Of a stretch of DNA of 64,000 nt, positions 37,201-49,721 are shown piece after piece. Both the position numbers and the translations under genes were made by a program. Position 1 is the stretch's first letter. Every line of letters starts with the position of its first letter. The stretch is from Guillardia theta CCMP2712. Its lineage: Eukaryota > Protista > Cryptophyta. The notes beneath the pieces were generated by a model that did not search any database, was not told the DNA's origin, and saw only the letters and a list, made by a program, of their open reading frames with translations. Where the stretch lies: NCBI RefSeq assembly GCF_000315625.1, contig NW_005434608.1, positions 1 through 64,000 of the forward strand, read 5' to 3'.

Positions 37201-40200
37201 GGAATGCTAAAGGGAGAGACGGATGCAGGGCTCGGATCGAAATCATCCCACAACGAAGTGCCGCCCTTGTACTCTTCGGGGAAAGTTCGGTAGTTGCCCC
37301 ACTGAACCCGCAGGTCTCCGTTGTTGTACCGATTGAAACCCTTCCCTCGAAAGGTCACCAGCGTTCCTCCATCTGCAGGGCCCCCAAGGGGACTAAAGGT
37401 AGAGAATTCAGGTTGAAGGTAATACCTGAAAGAAACATTGCTCGTTAGAGTGAAATCTTGACCATTAAGAGCAATTTCCACCCACACATCGTAAATACAG
37501 TACAAGCAGTTTTTCTCAAATGTAATCTTTGGCCAAGGAGTGTAACACTTAATCAGTCTGTCCCCTAAGACTGTTGCTGTGGTAACCAAATCCTGAAACT
37601 TGCATAAAGGATTTCCAGCATAATTCAGAAAGCCAATTCCAAAAATCTCAACGGTCGTGGGTTGCTTATGAGCTGAATCTGCTGTTTCATAACGGATGAG
37701 CGGACCTCCAGCAGGCATTAGAGAGAAAATGTTAGGATCCAAGTAGAAAGAAAACAAGTTGTTTGTAGATTCCGTGTAGTCCTGTCCGTTAAGTGTGATT
37801 GTCAAATCGATTGTTTGACCAAAAATTTCAATCGTTTGAATGGTTGGCATTCCAAATCTTTTGGTCAAGTACTCTAGCAAGACTCCATTCCGCACTGACT
37901 CGATGATTTTCAAAGAGTCTTCCACATTTGCATCGGTGACATTTCCGTACACGCAATGCACACAGAAAGCAACATCAATGCTACCAATGTTCGGTGCTGT
38001 ATTCGGGGTCTCACGGACGAATTGAATGACAACGTCACTAGGTAACACCAGGATATCTCCATAGACGTTTCTAGTTCCTACGACTTCAGCTATGGCAAGC
38101 TTGAAAGCTTGAGTGCGAGCGAATGTATTGAAGGAACACAGCTGGGCATCGCACATGGCAGGATCATTCGGATACTGAATACAACGAGAAGTGCAGCTCA
38201 CCTCCGAGCCTGAAAGCGTCACGACGATGAACGGAGGGGTTTGACAAACTATTTCATTGTCTCTTTGCTCCGCACTGACTGGAAGGTAAGCTGCCCTGGT
38301 CCATATAGTTGTTCGAGCACCGAATCTACATCTCATATCCTCACTGAAAACTTGAAACCCTCTTCCAAAGACTTTGATTTCTGCGTTTCCACGAAGAGGG
38401 GATCCAGCAGGAAGTATAGATAAGAGGACAGGCTGAGAGTAGTAGACATACGGACAACCATTCAGTCTTGTGATGTTACCAACTGTGTATGGCACAAGTG
38501 CGGGTATTTGTTTGGCTGTAGTTCTGAAATCTGACCATATCACGTTTCGTCCTTCAGAGCTGTTGTAACAGAATCCTTGCTCTAAATTATAGTCTTGACC
38601 ATTCAGAGTGACTGAGAAGGGTAAATTTGCTTCCACTTTGTTCGGAGGAGACTTGCAGATGATCATACTACCGGAAGCAACCGTTGCTTGAGATGTCCAG
38701 TTGGTGAGGGGAAGATAGCGCGCATACAGATCACTGTACTGACGCTCCATTCCAAAACGGCACAATACGTCTCCATTGAAAGCAGCAAAGCCCTCGCCAA
38801 AAACGGTCACAACTGTCCCTCCTTTCAAAGATCCCCCAGAAGGTTTCAATCTGTGAATGGACGGTTGAACATACAACAGATAATTCAAACTAGCAACATC
38901 TGTGAAGTCTCGTGCATTTAGAGATACATCGACTTTCACAGCATGAGCTTGATTGCTAGGAGCTTGACAACGTAAAAGTGTGCTTGATAAATATGACGCA
39001 AAAACCGCATACCGGCTCAGATCTGACGTAAGATGAAGACTTCCATAGTATGGAGATGATGTTTTCACTGACTCCAGGGAAACAGTCTCATTGCCAAATC
39101 GACAGGTAATGCTTGATTGATTGAACACTCGATTTGATGCTTGCAGAAGAGATGGAGCAAGGTATACTGGAGGGTTAAAACCTGTTTCATTGATGAACCA
39201 ATTTGTGTTTGGCGAATCAATCTCATTATACAGGTTGAATCCGATTCCTCGAATGATAATCTCGGTGCCTCCCAGTGTTGGACCTCCCAAGGGATAAGAG
39301 GACAGCAGAATTGGTTCTGGATAGAAGAAAAATTGCTTTCCTACAGAGCTGAGCCTTGTCAAAGGTGGTGGACTCCTCGGCCAATCACTGTAAGGGAAAT
39401 CAATGTAGTCTTGAGCATTGAAAGTCACAGTGAAAGGCATGGGAAGTCCTCCGCTACCGCTTATATTGGCAGCAATGATGTTGTCATCGTAGGTTGAAAG
39501 GTTTCCATCCTTTCCGGGAAAGGACGCACCAAGAATGGTTGGGTGAATCGCTTTCCGTCTCTGCTCCCAATCTCTTATTGCATTGTCTATCTCAGTTTGA
39601 AGCTGCGCAATGGCAGCAAGAGTCGCGCTAGATGGCAATATGCTCTGTGCTTGCACTAACACCGCTTGTTGCTGCTTCAACGTAGCAATATGATTTATCA
39701 TCTGCTGATTCTCATAGATATCTATTTTGCGAGGAGCATCGTAAGGGATGGTGGGAATGGGGCAAACAAGAAGAGTGTCGTTCACTATCCATGCTGAAGT
39801 ATTTGTCTGAAAAGAATAGCTTATCCAGCCTGGAAATGTCGTACTGTTTCCAACAGAAACAACAGTCTGTTTTCCAAATTGACACATGGGAAACCACTGA
39901 AACTGTTGGAAACCTTTTCCATACACAAAGACGTACTTTCTTGAGTTCAAAGGACCACCATTTGGAGTGAGGTGTGATACTATTGGTTGCCTGTAGTATC
40001 TGTAGTATAATGCTCCGGAAGCAGGCAACGAGCAATCCACATCCAGACAGGAAGGGTAGACATCTTGTCCATTCAGTTTCAATCTGAAAGTGGCATCGTA
40101 CAGAGAAGAATCCAATTGAGGGGTATGAGGAGGTGCTGAACATCGCAGAGTGAAATCGTCTACCCTTTCTGCTCTGCTCTCACATGCCTCGATGCATGAA

Positions 40201-43200
40201 ATAACCACTTGTGTGGTGGTATTGAAACCTCGAAAGCTTGGAGTGTACGGCTTAGAATATGATGGAAGAAAATTCATGATTCCAGTCTCTCTGTTGTATG
40301 TTGGACACCCTGTAGAGTTGTATGCAAGAGCGCATAAAAAAATTGTCCCAAAGTGTATGATGTCAAACACGTGTGCTGGGTATGGCTGGTCGAAAGCAAA
40401 GACATTTTCACTGACGAACCTTCCATTTAATGGTAATGAATGCCTGGCATTGCCCGTTGTACATTTTGGGCCGATACTGTTAGCATAATCACTATATTGA
40501 CATCCCCACACACAGATAGAAAGCCCCTCAATTGCTGGGCGGAAGCCAGAACCTCGTACTTCAACAGTTGTACCACCAGCAAAAGGGCCTCCATATTGTA
40601 AATTGATTCCTTGCGACGGCGAAAATGACGTGAGATTCGTGAGAAAACGTGGAGCAGAAAGTGAAGAAAGGCTTGGATTCTCATAGTACTGAAAGGTCGA
40701 CGTAATATCACCGTAATCAGCGCCGTTCAGGCTTACTCTTACGTTCACATTTCCAATGACTAGGGGGCAATCTGTACATCGATCCTGCCTGTTTGCTCTG
40801 TTGGTGGGATTTATTGACGCCCGTACAATGCCCTTAATGCAGGTGGTACTGGTATCAAAAAGCCCAGCGCATTGACATTGTAGATCAAATCCGGGAGGGC
40901 AAAGGTTCACACAAGCTCCATCGTAAGGTAAAATGCCACTATTTGATGGACCGGAGGGAGGAGACACTGTTGTGATCAGCGTGCTCGTGATGATACATCC
41001 ACGCATCCAGTTATTTCCAGAATCACCAAACCGAACTCTGACATCATTGGCTGTTTTGATGTCGAAGCCGTAGCCAACCAGTAAGATGTAACTTCCTCCT
41101 GTTATTGGTCCAAATTGTGGAACAACTTTTAGAACTGCTGGTAAACTGACATACTTGAAAGTAAATATTTTTTGTGTTGGGAGCATTAGTTTTTGTTTCC
41201 ACCAAATTGTAAGATTCCGAGGAGTACTCAGCTTATCAAGATTATTTTGCATTGCTGCCAAATCTACCTTTCCATTGCTGCTGTATATCTGGACGTCTGG
41301 TGTCATGCAAATAAGCCTTACACTGCTGTATCGAGTTGCAGGCATTCGGAGTACTTGTATTGAAGCATTCATCAAACTTCCAGGGTACTGACTGTAATGA
41401 GTTCCATTAGAGTACACACTGAGACGACATTCCAAATTCCCAAGAAAGGTATTAAAGCCTTGTCCGATCACGTAGAGAGGGGTACCTCCATTTACTGGCC
41501 CTGTATCAGGCGAGTAATCTAGAATGTAAAACCCCTCGTCTTTGCTGCGGGTGATGGTGTGGCTGCTGCCGCTTGCAACGCTCGTTGTGTTCTTCCCATA
41601 CAGAGAGACGAGTAAGTGCGGGCTAGTTATTAAATGGCCCCATAAGTCCGGGGAACCAATGCCAATCTGTCCGAAAGTATTCAAACCCCACGCGTAAACA
41701 TTCAAATCTTTGCTGATGACATAAGAGGTGTAATCTCCTGCGAAAACTCTGATTCCAATGTTGCTGATGGGCATCAGCGGCTCACAATCAGCGGACGTGT
41801 ACCCAACCGTTTGGTTTGCAGGGCCACAATCTCGGCGTTGAAGAGTGTCAGTGCATCTGCGGCCGCAGGGAGTTCGAACCTTACTTCCAACGCAAACATA
41901 GTCGGCAAAACTGGGTGAGACTTCTGATCCAAAAGGGGTATCACACCATATACGATTTGGAATCGGGACGAATGAGATTGAAGATCTGTCGATCGAATTG
42001 CCAACACCGAGCTGACCTGCGTCATTACGACCAGAGCTAAATACATGTCCAGAAGAGTTCAAAAACAGAGAATGCCCATGCCCTGCCGCTATCGAGATGA
42101 CAGGCCCCAGCATTTGGAATTCCTTTCCTTGCAGCTTTACAGGAGCAAACCGATTCAACTTGTCACCAAGCCCAAGTTGTCCATGCCTATTTCCGCCCCA
42201 GATCCAGATTTCACCGTCCTTTGAAAGAGCAATGCTGTGCAACCAACCAGCAGCGACCTGTACAATGAACTGGTCCTTCAGTCCTGGCACGAGAATAGCT
42301 TCCAGCGATCTCCTCGGCTCAACAGAATTGGGACCGATATCCAAAGAGTCCTGACCAAGTTGTCCAGATGAGCCAGAACCTACCGAAAAAGATCAAGATA
42401 GGAAGCAAGTATGCTATCTTTACCCCAGACATATACTTTTCCCAAGGACGTAACGGCCATGCTATGTTCTCCCCCAGCAGAAACTTGGAAGAATAAAAGA
42501 TCCTTTGAGTTTTTTGTTGGGGTAGGCTGGAATCTATCCGCTGTGTCCCCTGTGCCAAGTTGTCCCATATGATTGATTCCCCAAGCAAACAAAATTCCAC
42601 TCCGCGAGAGAGCAAGCGTATGGTGATTGCTATGAGAAGGATGTTTCAGGAAAGGAAAAGGCAAATCAATCAGGGAAAACGTACGATGAAGAGATTTGTA
42701 TGATTTCTTGCCCAAAAAGGTCATTTATTTCGGCAGGAAATCTGAATTTTTGATGATCAGGGCACAGCTTTGCACAAATGTGAATAGAATTACGTAAGTT
42801 TCACAGATTTCTCGACGGAGCAAGGCGGATAGGTGCATAGATTGATTCCTGCATCAGTCAATCCCAATTGCCCCCGGTAATTTCTACCCCAAGACCACAA
42901 TCTTCCTTTTAGAGAGGATGAAACGGAAAACTCTTCGCCTGCTGCAACCGCGCTCATGTTTTGATTCCTCAGTACCTTCAAAACTTCAGATCTCGTGTTA
43001 CTGGAAAATGCAGAACATTCACCGGGACGATCATTGGAATGACCGTATTGTTGAGGGAACCTGTACCTTCGTGGGGATCTCAATCAAGAAATGAGTAGAA
43101 AGGGTCTTACCAAGTTGACCAAAGTTATTTGATCCGAATCCGTACACATCGCCTTCATTGATGGTTAACGTTGAAAAGGGATTTCCGTATCTGCATATAG

Positions 43201-43548
43201 CTTCAATGGAACGTGATGAAGAAAACTGAATTACAATAGAATCTCATCGCTACTGAGGTTGTGCATTCCGATGTCGACATATGCCCCAGTAGACAGTAAA
43301 TTGCGTCTAGTGCTCAAATTGAAAGCCCAATCGTTGCTTTCGAAATCAGTCTGCCACAAAGATATGTGAATACCATTTACAAACTTGCGAAAACATCGCA
43401 GACAAGGATGTGATACCTCTATCTCCTGGGATCTCATGGCATGTAATCTTCGATTGTAATGTGAAGTCCTCTCTTCATTTGTAGAGCACACACCACCAAA
43501 AATGCTCAACGAAAACAAAAGAAACAAGAATTCCGTAGGCGCTTTCAT
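31225..43548 (-). CDS. Giant membrane protein: signal peptide, RCC1 repeats, about 12 IPT/TIG domains, reelin-like domain and OSCA/TMEM63/TMC-like (anoctamin superfamily) channel
   Basis: RCC1 motifs (VAAGWLHSIALSKDGEIWIWGGNRHGQLGLGD); repeated P..GP..GGT.V.V.G.GF; a 2975-codon open frame leading into TM VAISVSVIVFVLYVAL, then LGTGVGLYFSYLR and ADYTILVENIP; downstream exons APEPSNVLWENL and YEGPEYLLSKRY...YWCDKIAILR. Confidence 0.85.
31284..31341. repeat. (GGGA)n microsatellite
   Basis: Tetranucleotide run between the convergent 3' ends of MIPEP and the channel gene. Confidence 0.9.
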
Positions 43549-44145
43549 TGATTATTGAGTTGTGTCATACAGGTTGCATCTTATCTCAAGCCAAATGTGG
43601 ATTGACATTGAGATCGGCAAGACAACCCGCCCGAGCCAAGTGAAGCATCAACGGCGAGACTTCCGCGGACTCTACAGCAGCCATGGCGGCTTTGCCATAT
43701 CTACGTTGTCCTACTCCTGGGCGGGCCTACACCGTGGCGAATTTGTTGTGGACCTGTTTGTAGTGGACCATTGCTGTCCGCCGAACGACTGCAATACTAG
43801 CCTAGGCCTAACTGAGATCGGGTCTTGAATGAAGCGAGTCACTGAGTTTCAAGTTTAGTGACTGGGCCAGTGCCGGACTCCGGGAGCCTGCAGTGCCGCC
43901 GCCGCCGCCCGGCCGGCAACTGACAAGTCACCGCGGCCGGGTCGTGAGACTCAAGTGTTGTGCCACGGTGTAACGGGAGCCTGGGAGTCCGTCACTCAGG
44001 CCATCAGTCTCGTCATGTGACGATGCGGTGCCACGGTGTACACGGCCCGACGGTCACCGGGCTATTACCGGGGGGCAGTGAGCCCCGCGTACTACGGGCG
44101 GGCGGCCGCAGCGGCACAGCCTAGCACTGAGCCAGTGAGGTACTG

Positions 44146-45667
44146 TGATGGAGCGTATGTCAGCCGTGCCAGTCAGATAGCGCCGAGTTAACAAAAACTC
44201 TCCTGTAAACCAAGACGACTTACGTGTCAAGGCGGCAATGTAGTACGTGTGATGAAGAGGAGGCCTTCCTAGCCGTCTTGCTAAGGTCCCCTCATGTCTG
44301 GATGCTTGGGTTTCACATCCTAGCATACAGTCTATCTCTCATGTGCTCCTCAATTCTGGTTTTTGTGTGCATTAAACTCGGTCTTGAGCAAAAACTGTCT
44401 TGTTACAACTAAGGTCGATATGATATCTGCGTGACTTTGGACTAGTACAAGTCTAACAAACTTGTATTCCGTCGGTTATGAGCCTCGATTACATGCTCAA
44501 TCATGTTGATCTTATATTTGGTTAGTTGAATTGTTTACTGGAGTTTTTTCTTTCTTGGTATCGTTTCGTTACTGTCGAAAATTCATGCAATTCAAGCCTT
44601 ACAAATTCGGATGACTCCTCTCTTCAATCAGGCTCTCTCTCTAGCCGCAAGTTGTTTAGGCCTCTCATCTCAGCCTCAATTTGTTTGATTGATCTTCGAA
44701 TTGGAAAAACAAGCCTTCCCCAGCCAGATTGGTCGGTCGAATATCTGCTTAACCGTGTGGAAACGCACTTGAAGCTGATTCGATTTTAATCTTCTTGATC
44801 TTTGAGTAGGATCAAATGGAACTACCAGGAGATCTGGCGGAAGTTTCATGTCATGGAGCTAGGCTGTGGCATGCATAACTGGAGCTACTTCTGGATCGGC
44901 GAACAAGGTACAACTGCACAACAATCTTCGAATGCCTTGAAACGGATGTTCCATCTCGCGGCAGCAATCTCTGGTCACAAGTTCTTTACGGTTCAAAATT
45001 TATCTTTTGGTCTTCAAATGCCGGCGGGCACGCTCTCTCTCTCTCTCTCTCTCTTATCTGAACTCCGAAGTTCTCTCCTCAGACTCTCTTATCTTATCCT
45101 CCTTCTCTCGTCATTGCATCAGCTCGCCAGGCATCTCCCTTATCTCTGCACTGCACATCTAATAGCCCTGCATGAAAATCTTCTTCAGAATGGACAATCC
45201 TTGAATGGTTATTGCCCACTCAGCATGACTGTGAACTTGACGTTGTATCATCGTATCTTGACTTGGATCTGCTGACATTCTTGTTTGCGTGACTTTCTGA
45301 CGTCCGATGTAACGTACTATTTCAGAAACTCGGGGGGAGGATGGAGCGTATGTCAGCCGTGCCAGTCAGATAGCGCCGAGTTAACAAAAACTCTCCTGTA
45401 AACCAAGACGACTTACGTGTCAAGGCGGCAATGTAGTACGTGTGATGAAGAGGAGGCCTTCCTAGCCGTCTTGCTAAGGTCCCCTCATGTCTGGATGCTT
45501 GGGTTTCACATCCTAGCATACAGTCTATCTCTCATGTGCTCCTCAATTCTGGTTTTTGTGTGCATTAAACTCGGTCTTGAGCAAAAACTGTCTTGTTACA
45601 ACTAAGGTCGATATGATATCTGCGTGACTTTGGACTAGTACAAGTCTAACAAACTTGTATTCCGTCT
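44146..45667 (+). mobile_element. Non-autonomous Ty1/copia-type LTR retrotransposon (TRIM-like), recent insertion
   Basis: 327-bp LTRs (44147-44473, 45340-45666), identical by eye; PBS GGTTATGAGCC at 44474 (half-tRNAiMet type); PPT GGGGGGAG at 45332-45339; 5-bp TSD TACTG; no gag or pol recognised inside. Confidence 0.88.
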
Positions 45668-45876
45668 TACTGCGCCTTTACTCAAGGTTAATTTCAAGAT
45701 CAGAGGACAATCATGATCAGGAGAGTCACGAGTCGAGGAGCCAGTCATCGGCAGTCACTGAGTGGCCGGGCCTGAGACCGGCCCGGCCGGACGATCGGTC
45801 GGCGTCCCGGCGGTCACGGTTGACTCCCCGGCGGGCTGTTTTTTGAAAATTCTACCACGCCTACCCGCAGGACGAG

Positions 45877-47668
45877 ATGGCCGATGCGGAAGTGGACATA
45901 CTCTTCAACCAGGTTTGTTTGTGTCATCCATCCTGCTTGTCCCTCTCTCCTTCATCACCCTCCATCTCCATTCTTCACCTCTTCTGCTGTTCATCCCTTC
46001 GTTGTTCCCGAATAATCTCTCAATAATCCTCTCGAGCGTTTCTATTACAAATTCATATCTCATCCTTCCCACCCATGCTGCTTTGTGGAGCTGCATTACA
46101 TTTCCAACTGCGCTTAAGTACTCCTTTAAGGATGTGGCAAAGATAAAGAAGTTGCTTCCTTCAGTTGAGGTTCGCCATCACCGGATCAGAGTACAGAAGT
46201 ATGGTAGAGTGCACGTTTGCTTGAGTTGATGTATGCTGGTTTCCCAGGTGGATCTCGGCACTCAGCGAGCCTCTAAAATGCGAAGCCTGGAAGAGAAACA
46301 GAAATTTGTACAGTCAGTGTCTAGTTCGGATGCTTGAGATGTATCACATTTCCCATCGAGTTTACCCGGCTCACTGACATCCATGCTCAGCGGCACCATC
46401 GAAGAGCCTTTCATCAAAATCCCTCCCCTTCCTCTTCAGAACTTTCCGTCACACCTTGTAGGAAGATGGAACCTGGTTGATCCCTACCGACTCTGGAACT
46501 TCGTTTGCCTGACCAACTGAAGCAGGCAACCAGGAAAAGTGCTGGTTCGCCAACAGCAGGCAAAGAGGCTTGGAAACATGTATGTGTGTGAGTGTTCCAT
46601 GCATCTCGTTGACCTTGTTTATCATCCAGACAAGGCCTTTGAGCTCCCTCTCAATGAGCAGCGCCATACAGGACGAAAACTCTCCTCCTCCTGGCCAACC
46701 TCGTCGCCTCTGGACTAGCAACTTTTGCAATGTGACGGAGGTGTTGTCCCCTCTCAATCAACTCCGCGTGATTGACCCTACAGCATGGTTTGACCAAGCA
46801 TGCCAAGGTTTGCACCCAGACCGAAGGGCCCCAGGTGCTTTCAGCATTATCATCTACTTGGACAGGCACAAGAGACGACTGATTGCATCATCAAGCTCAA
46901 ACAGGCAGATGCAAGCCACCTCCCCTTGAGTCTATGTCAGATCAGATCTTTGCCGCACGACCAACTCGTCCTCCGCATGCTGCAGGTGCCGCTCTGAACC
47001 TCTGATTTCTGTAGCTCACGTTTTCTCAGGAACAGAAACTTCGGCTCGCCGCTGAGCGCAAAGTGTCAGTGCTTTCCAGTGAGTGATGAGGATCGTCAGT
47101 TGTCAAGTTGCTGAAGTACGCGTAGAGAGCGGAAAGGACATCAAAGCATACCAGGGACAAAGACAGAGCTTCTTTCGCAACTTCCAGACAAGCAAAAAAA
47201 CGCCTGAGCAAGAAAAACAAGGACAGCTGAATGGAGGGAGACTTGAGAAGGTTACATGGCCTCGGTTGCTTCCTGTGTCTTGCTTGTACGGCTCACAGCA
47301 GCGATTTTTTCCTGCAGTCTATCTCGCCTCAACCCTCACTCTCGATACAAGCAGCTTCGACTCAACACAGAAGGTATCTCCTCCTCGACACCGTCTGAAT
47401 GCCGCGCTCGTCTTCCTGTCTCCTGCAGCATCTACATGCTTCCTATTCGCTCTTTCCCTCACTTTCCGTTCAGTGCAGATGAGAGCTCGCAGTCTCGGCG
47501 CTTCCTTGCTCCTGACCTCAAGCTCCTAGAGCGTGCGAAGGCTGCACCACAAGCAAGAATGACAGGACAAGGTGCAGGAGAGCCCGAGCATCTCGACGAG
47601 CTCGACAAGGATGAAGACTTTGCCTCCTTCCTCGCGGTGTTGTTGTATCATTACCGTGTAACTCTCTA
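45877..47668 (+). CDS. Hypothetical multi-exon protein
   Basis: ATG at 45877 (MADAEVDILFNQ|gt) followed by a chain of short GT-AG-bounded exons to DELDKDEDFASFLAV. No domain recognised. Confidence 0.4.
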
Positions 47669-48061
47669 AACTCCATGACAGGATTTTGAGAAAGACATAG
47701 TGAATCTGACATGTCAATTCAAACAAGTTCCGGCATGAAGATCAGATCCGTTTTGATACTAAAAACGATATGTTGTCCCCTCCAGGTGAAATAATGAAAG
47801 TAACTACACATGACCGTCCTTACAAGCTAAATGATTGTGGCACGATTATAATTGGGCTTTGGGATTCCAAATGTCTACAGAGCAATTTGGGCATGTATGC
47901 TGCACAAGATCGTGCGGGCACGAAAGGACGTCAAGAGCACAATGACGAGTTTCTGATTCCTTTGTACGCCGCTCTACTACTCAGTCTGTGGGAAGCAGAG
48001 CCCTTATCAGTGAAGCAGTTTTGCTCGTTCTCACATGTAAGGCGATTTAAGCTCGTATTGT

Positions 48062-49721
48062 TTAATGATGTTGTTCGAAGTGGCCGATAACTCCAGCAAC
48101 TCCTGGAGGTCCAGCTGAACCTGTGCTCACAAATTCTTTCAGAGCCCGCAAAGATTCCAGCTCATTCGTCACCTGCCGGCCCTGCAGCCCCTGCAGCTCC
48201 CGGGCTTCCAGTTGGACCCGGAGGACCTGGAATGCCGTCTGGGCCTCGCACGGGAACACCGGCCTGTCCAGTGGGTCCCTGAAAAGATTTGAGCTTCTCA
48301 ACATGGCAGAAGAGTCTGGAGAACCTGCGGTCCTTGTACCCCTCGTGGGCCCTCAGGTCCAGGAGGTCCAGGGGGTCCCATTCGACCAATTCCAGGGGGA
48401 CCCTGCGATAAGAGTCAGGCTGACCGACTTCAGAGCAGGCCTCGTTACCTGCGGGCCTCGCGGTCCTGGTTCTCCATCAGGTCCTGCCAGGCCTCTAGGT
48501 CCTTGTGGGCCTGCCAGCCGATCAAACGAGGAGCCGAGCAGCAGGCAAACAGACCTGGAATGCCCATGTCCCCTCGGGGGCCCATGGGACCAGGAAGTCC
48601 ATCTCGACCATCCCTGCGCAGCCAAGAGTCAGATACGCGGTATCTCTTGTTTCATATCCACCCACCTTCCCCTAGCTCCCTGGTACCCAGGAGGCCCGCG
48701 GGGTCCACGCGGCCCAGGAAGGCCTGTCGGACCCTGAGGTCCGGGCTTGCCGTCAAGACCAGGCTTTCCGGGAGCACCAGACGGTCCAGGCTGTTTCTCG
48801 AGGACTGCAAGCTTGACCTGACCACACCATCAACTTCATGTAGCTGGCACATGCTTCAAACTTCACCTTCATGTCGCTGACGCGTCTGGCCATTCCCACC
48901 TTTGCGCGACCAAGAGACGAGGTCAAAGAAGACACACGGGCTGACAAATAGTTATCCCGAGACATCATCTGTGCCTTGATAGCTGAAAGCCTCGTCTTGT
49001 AGCCTCGCAACGACTTCTTCAGTGCTCCAATTGCAGCCCAAAGAGCGCTGTTCGAGGATTCAAGCTCACGGCTGTTCTGTTCTTTGACCGCCTTGATGTT
49101 CAGTCTAGCCTTCTCGATCTCCTTTTCATTGAAAGCCTCCTTGTCCCCCGCCTTCTTGGCCTCAGCTAGGGCATCCGCTGCATTTTGCACGGCTTGGATT
49201 GTAAGAGGATGGGGTTCAACTGGAGTGACGGGCTGTGTGAACTGATAGTGAACCTCTGGTGGGCTGACTCCGTAAGGATCACATGGCGGACTCAAGCACG
49301 AGATAACAGAAGCAGTAGCCAGCATTTGGCGTCGTTGTGATGCTCCTGACTTGGCGTTACTCTGTAAAAGCTCCTCTCTAGGAGATCGCTGTGAAGAGAA
49401 ATAGAGAAGATAGAGGAGGATAAAGGCATTGGTGAGGAAGAGGCCGTGGCGTAGGAGAGGGTGAGGGAAGCAGGAGAGGAGAATTTCGTCAGATCACAAA
49501 AAAACCAATATCCCATCCCATCCCATCCCATCCCATCCCATCCCATCCCCTCCCCTCCCCTCCCCTCCCATCCATCCCATCCCATCCCATCCCATCCCAT
49601 CCCATCCCATCCCAACACTTCTACATACCTGCAGTGTTCCCACGAGCACCAACATCGCGACCCCTACCGCCGCTGCTCCACCCCATCGCAGCATGCCGCG
49701 AAGAGACAGGCAGCAGTTCAT
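48062..49721 (-). CDS. Collagen-like protein: N-terminal TM/signal anchor, coiled coil and Gly-X-Y repeats
   Basis: [16 protein letters not shown]; heptad-rich exon 48865-49325; Gly-X-Y exons ([74 protein letters not shown]). Confidence 0.85.
49511..49612. repeat. Intronic (CCCAT)n microsatellite
   Basis: Pentanucleotide run in the first intron of the collagen-like gene. Confidence 0.9.
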
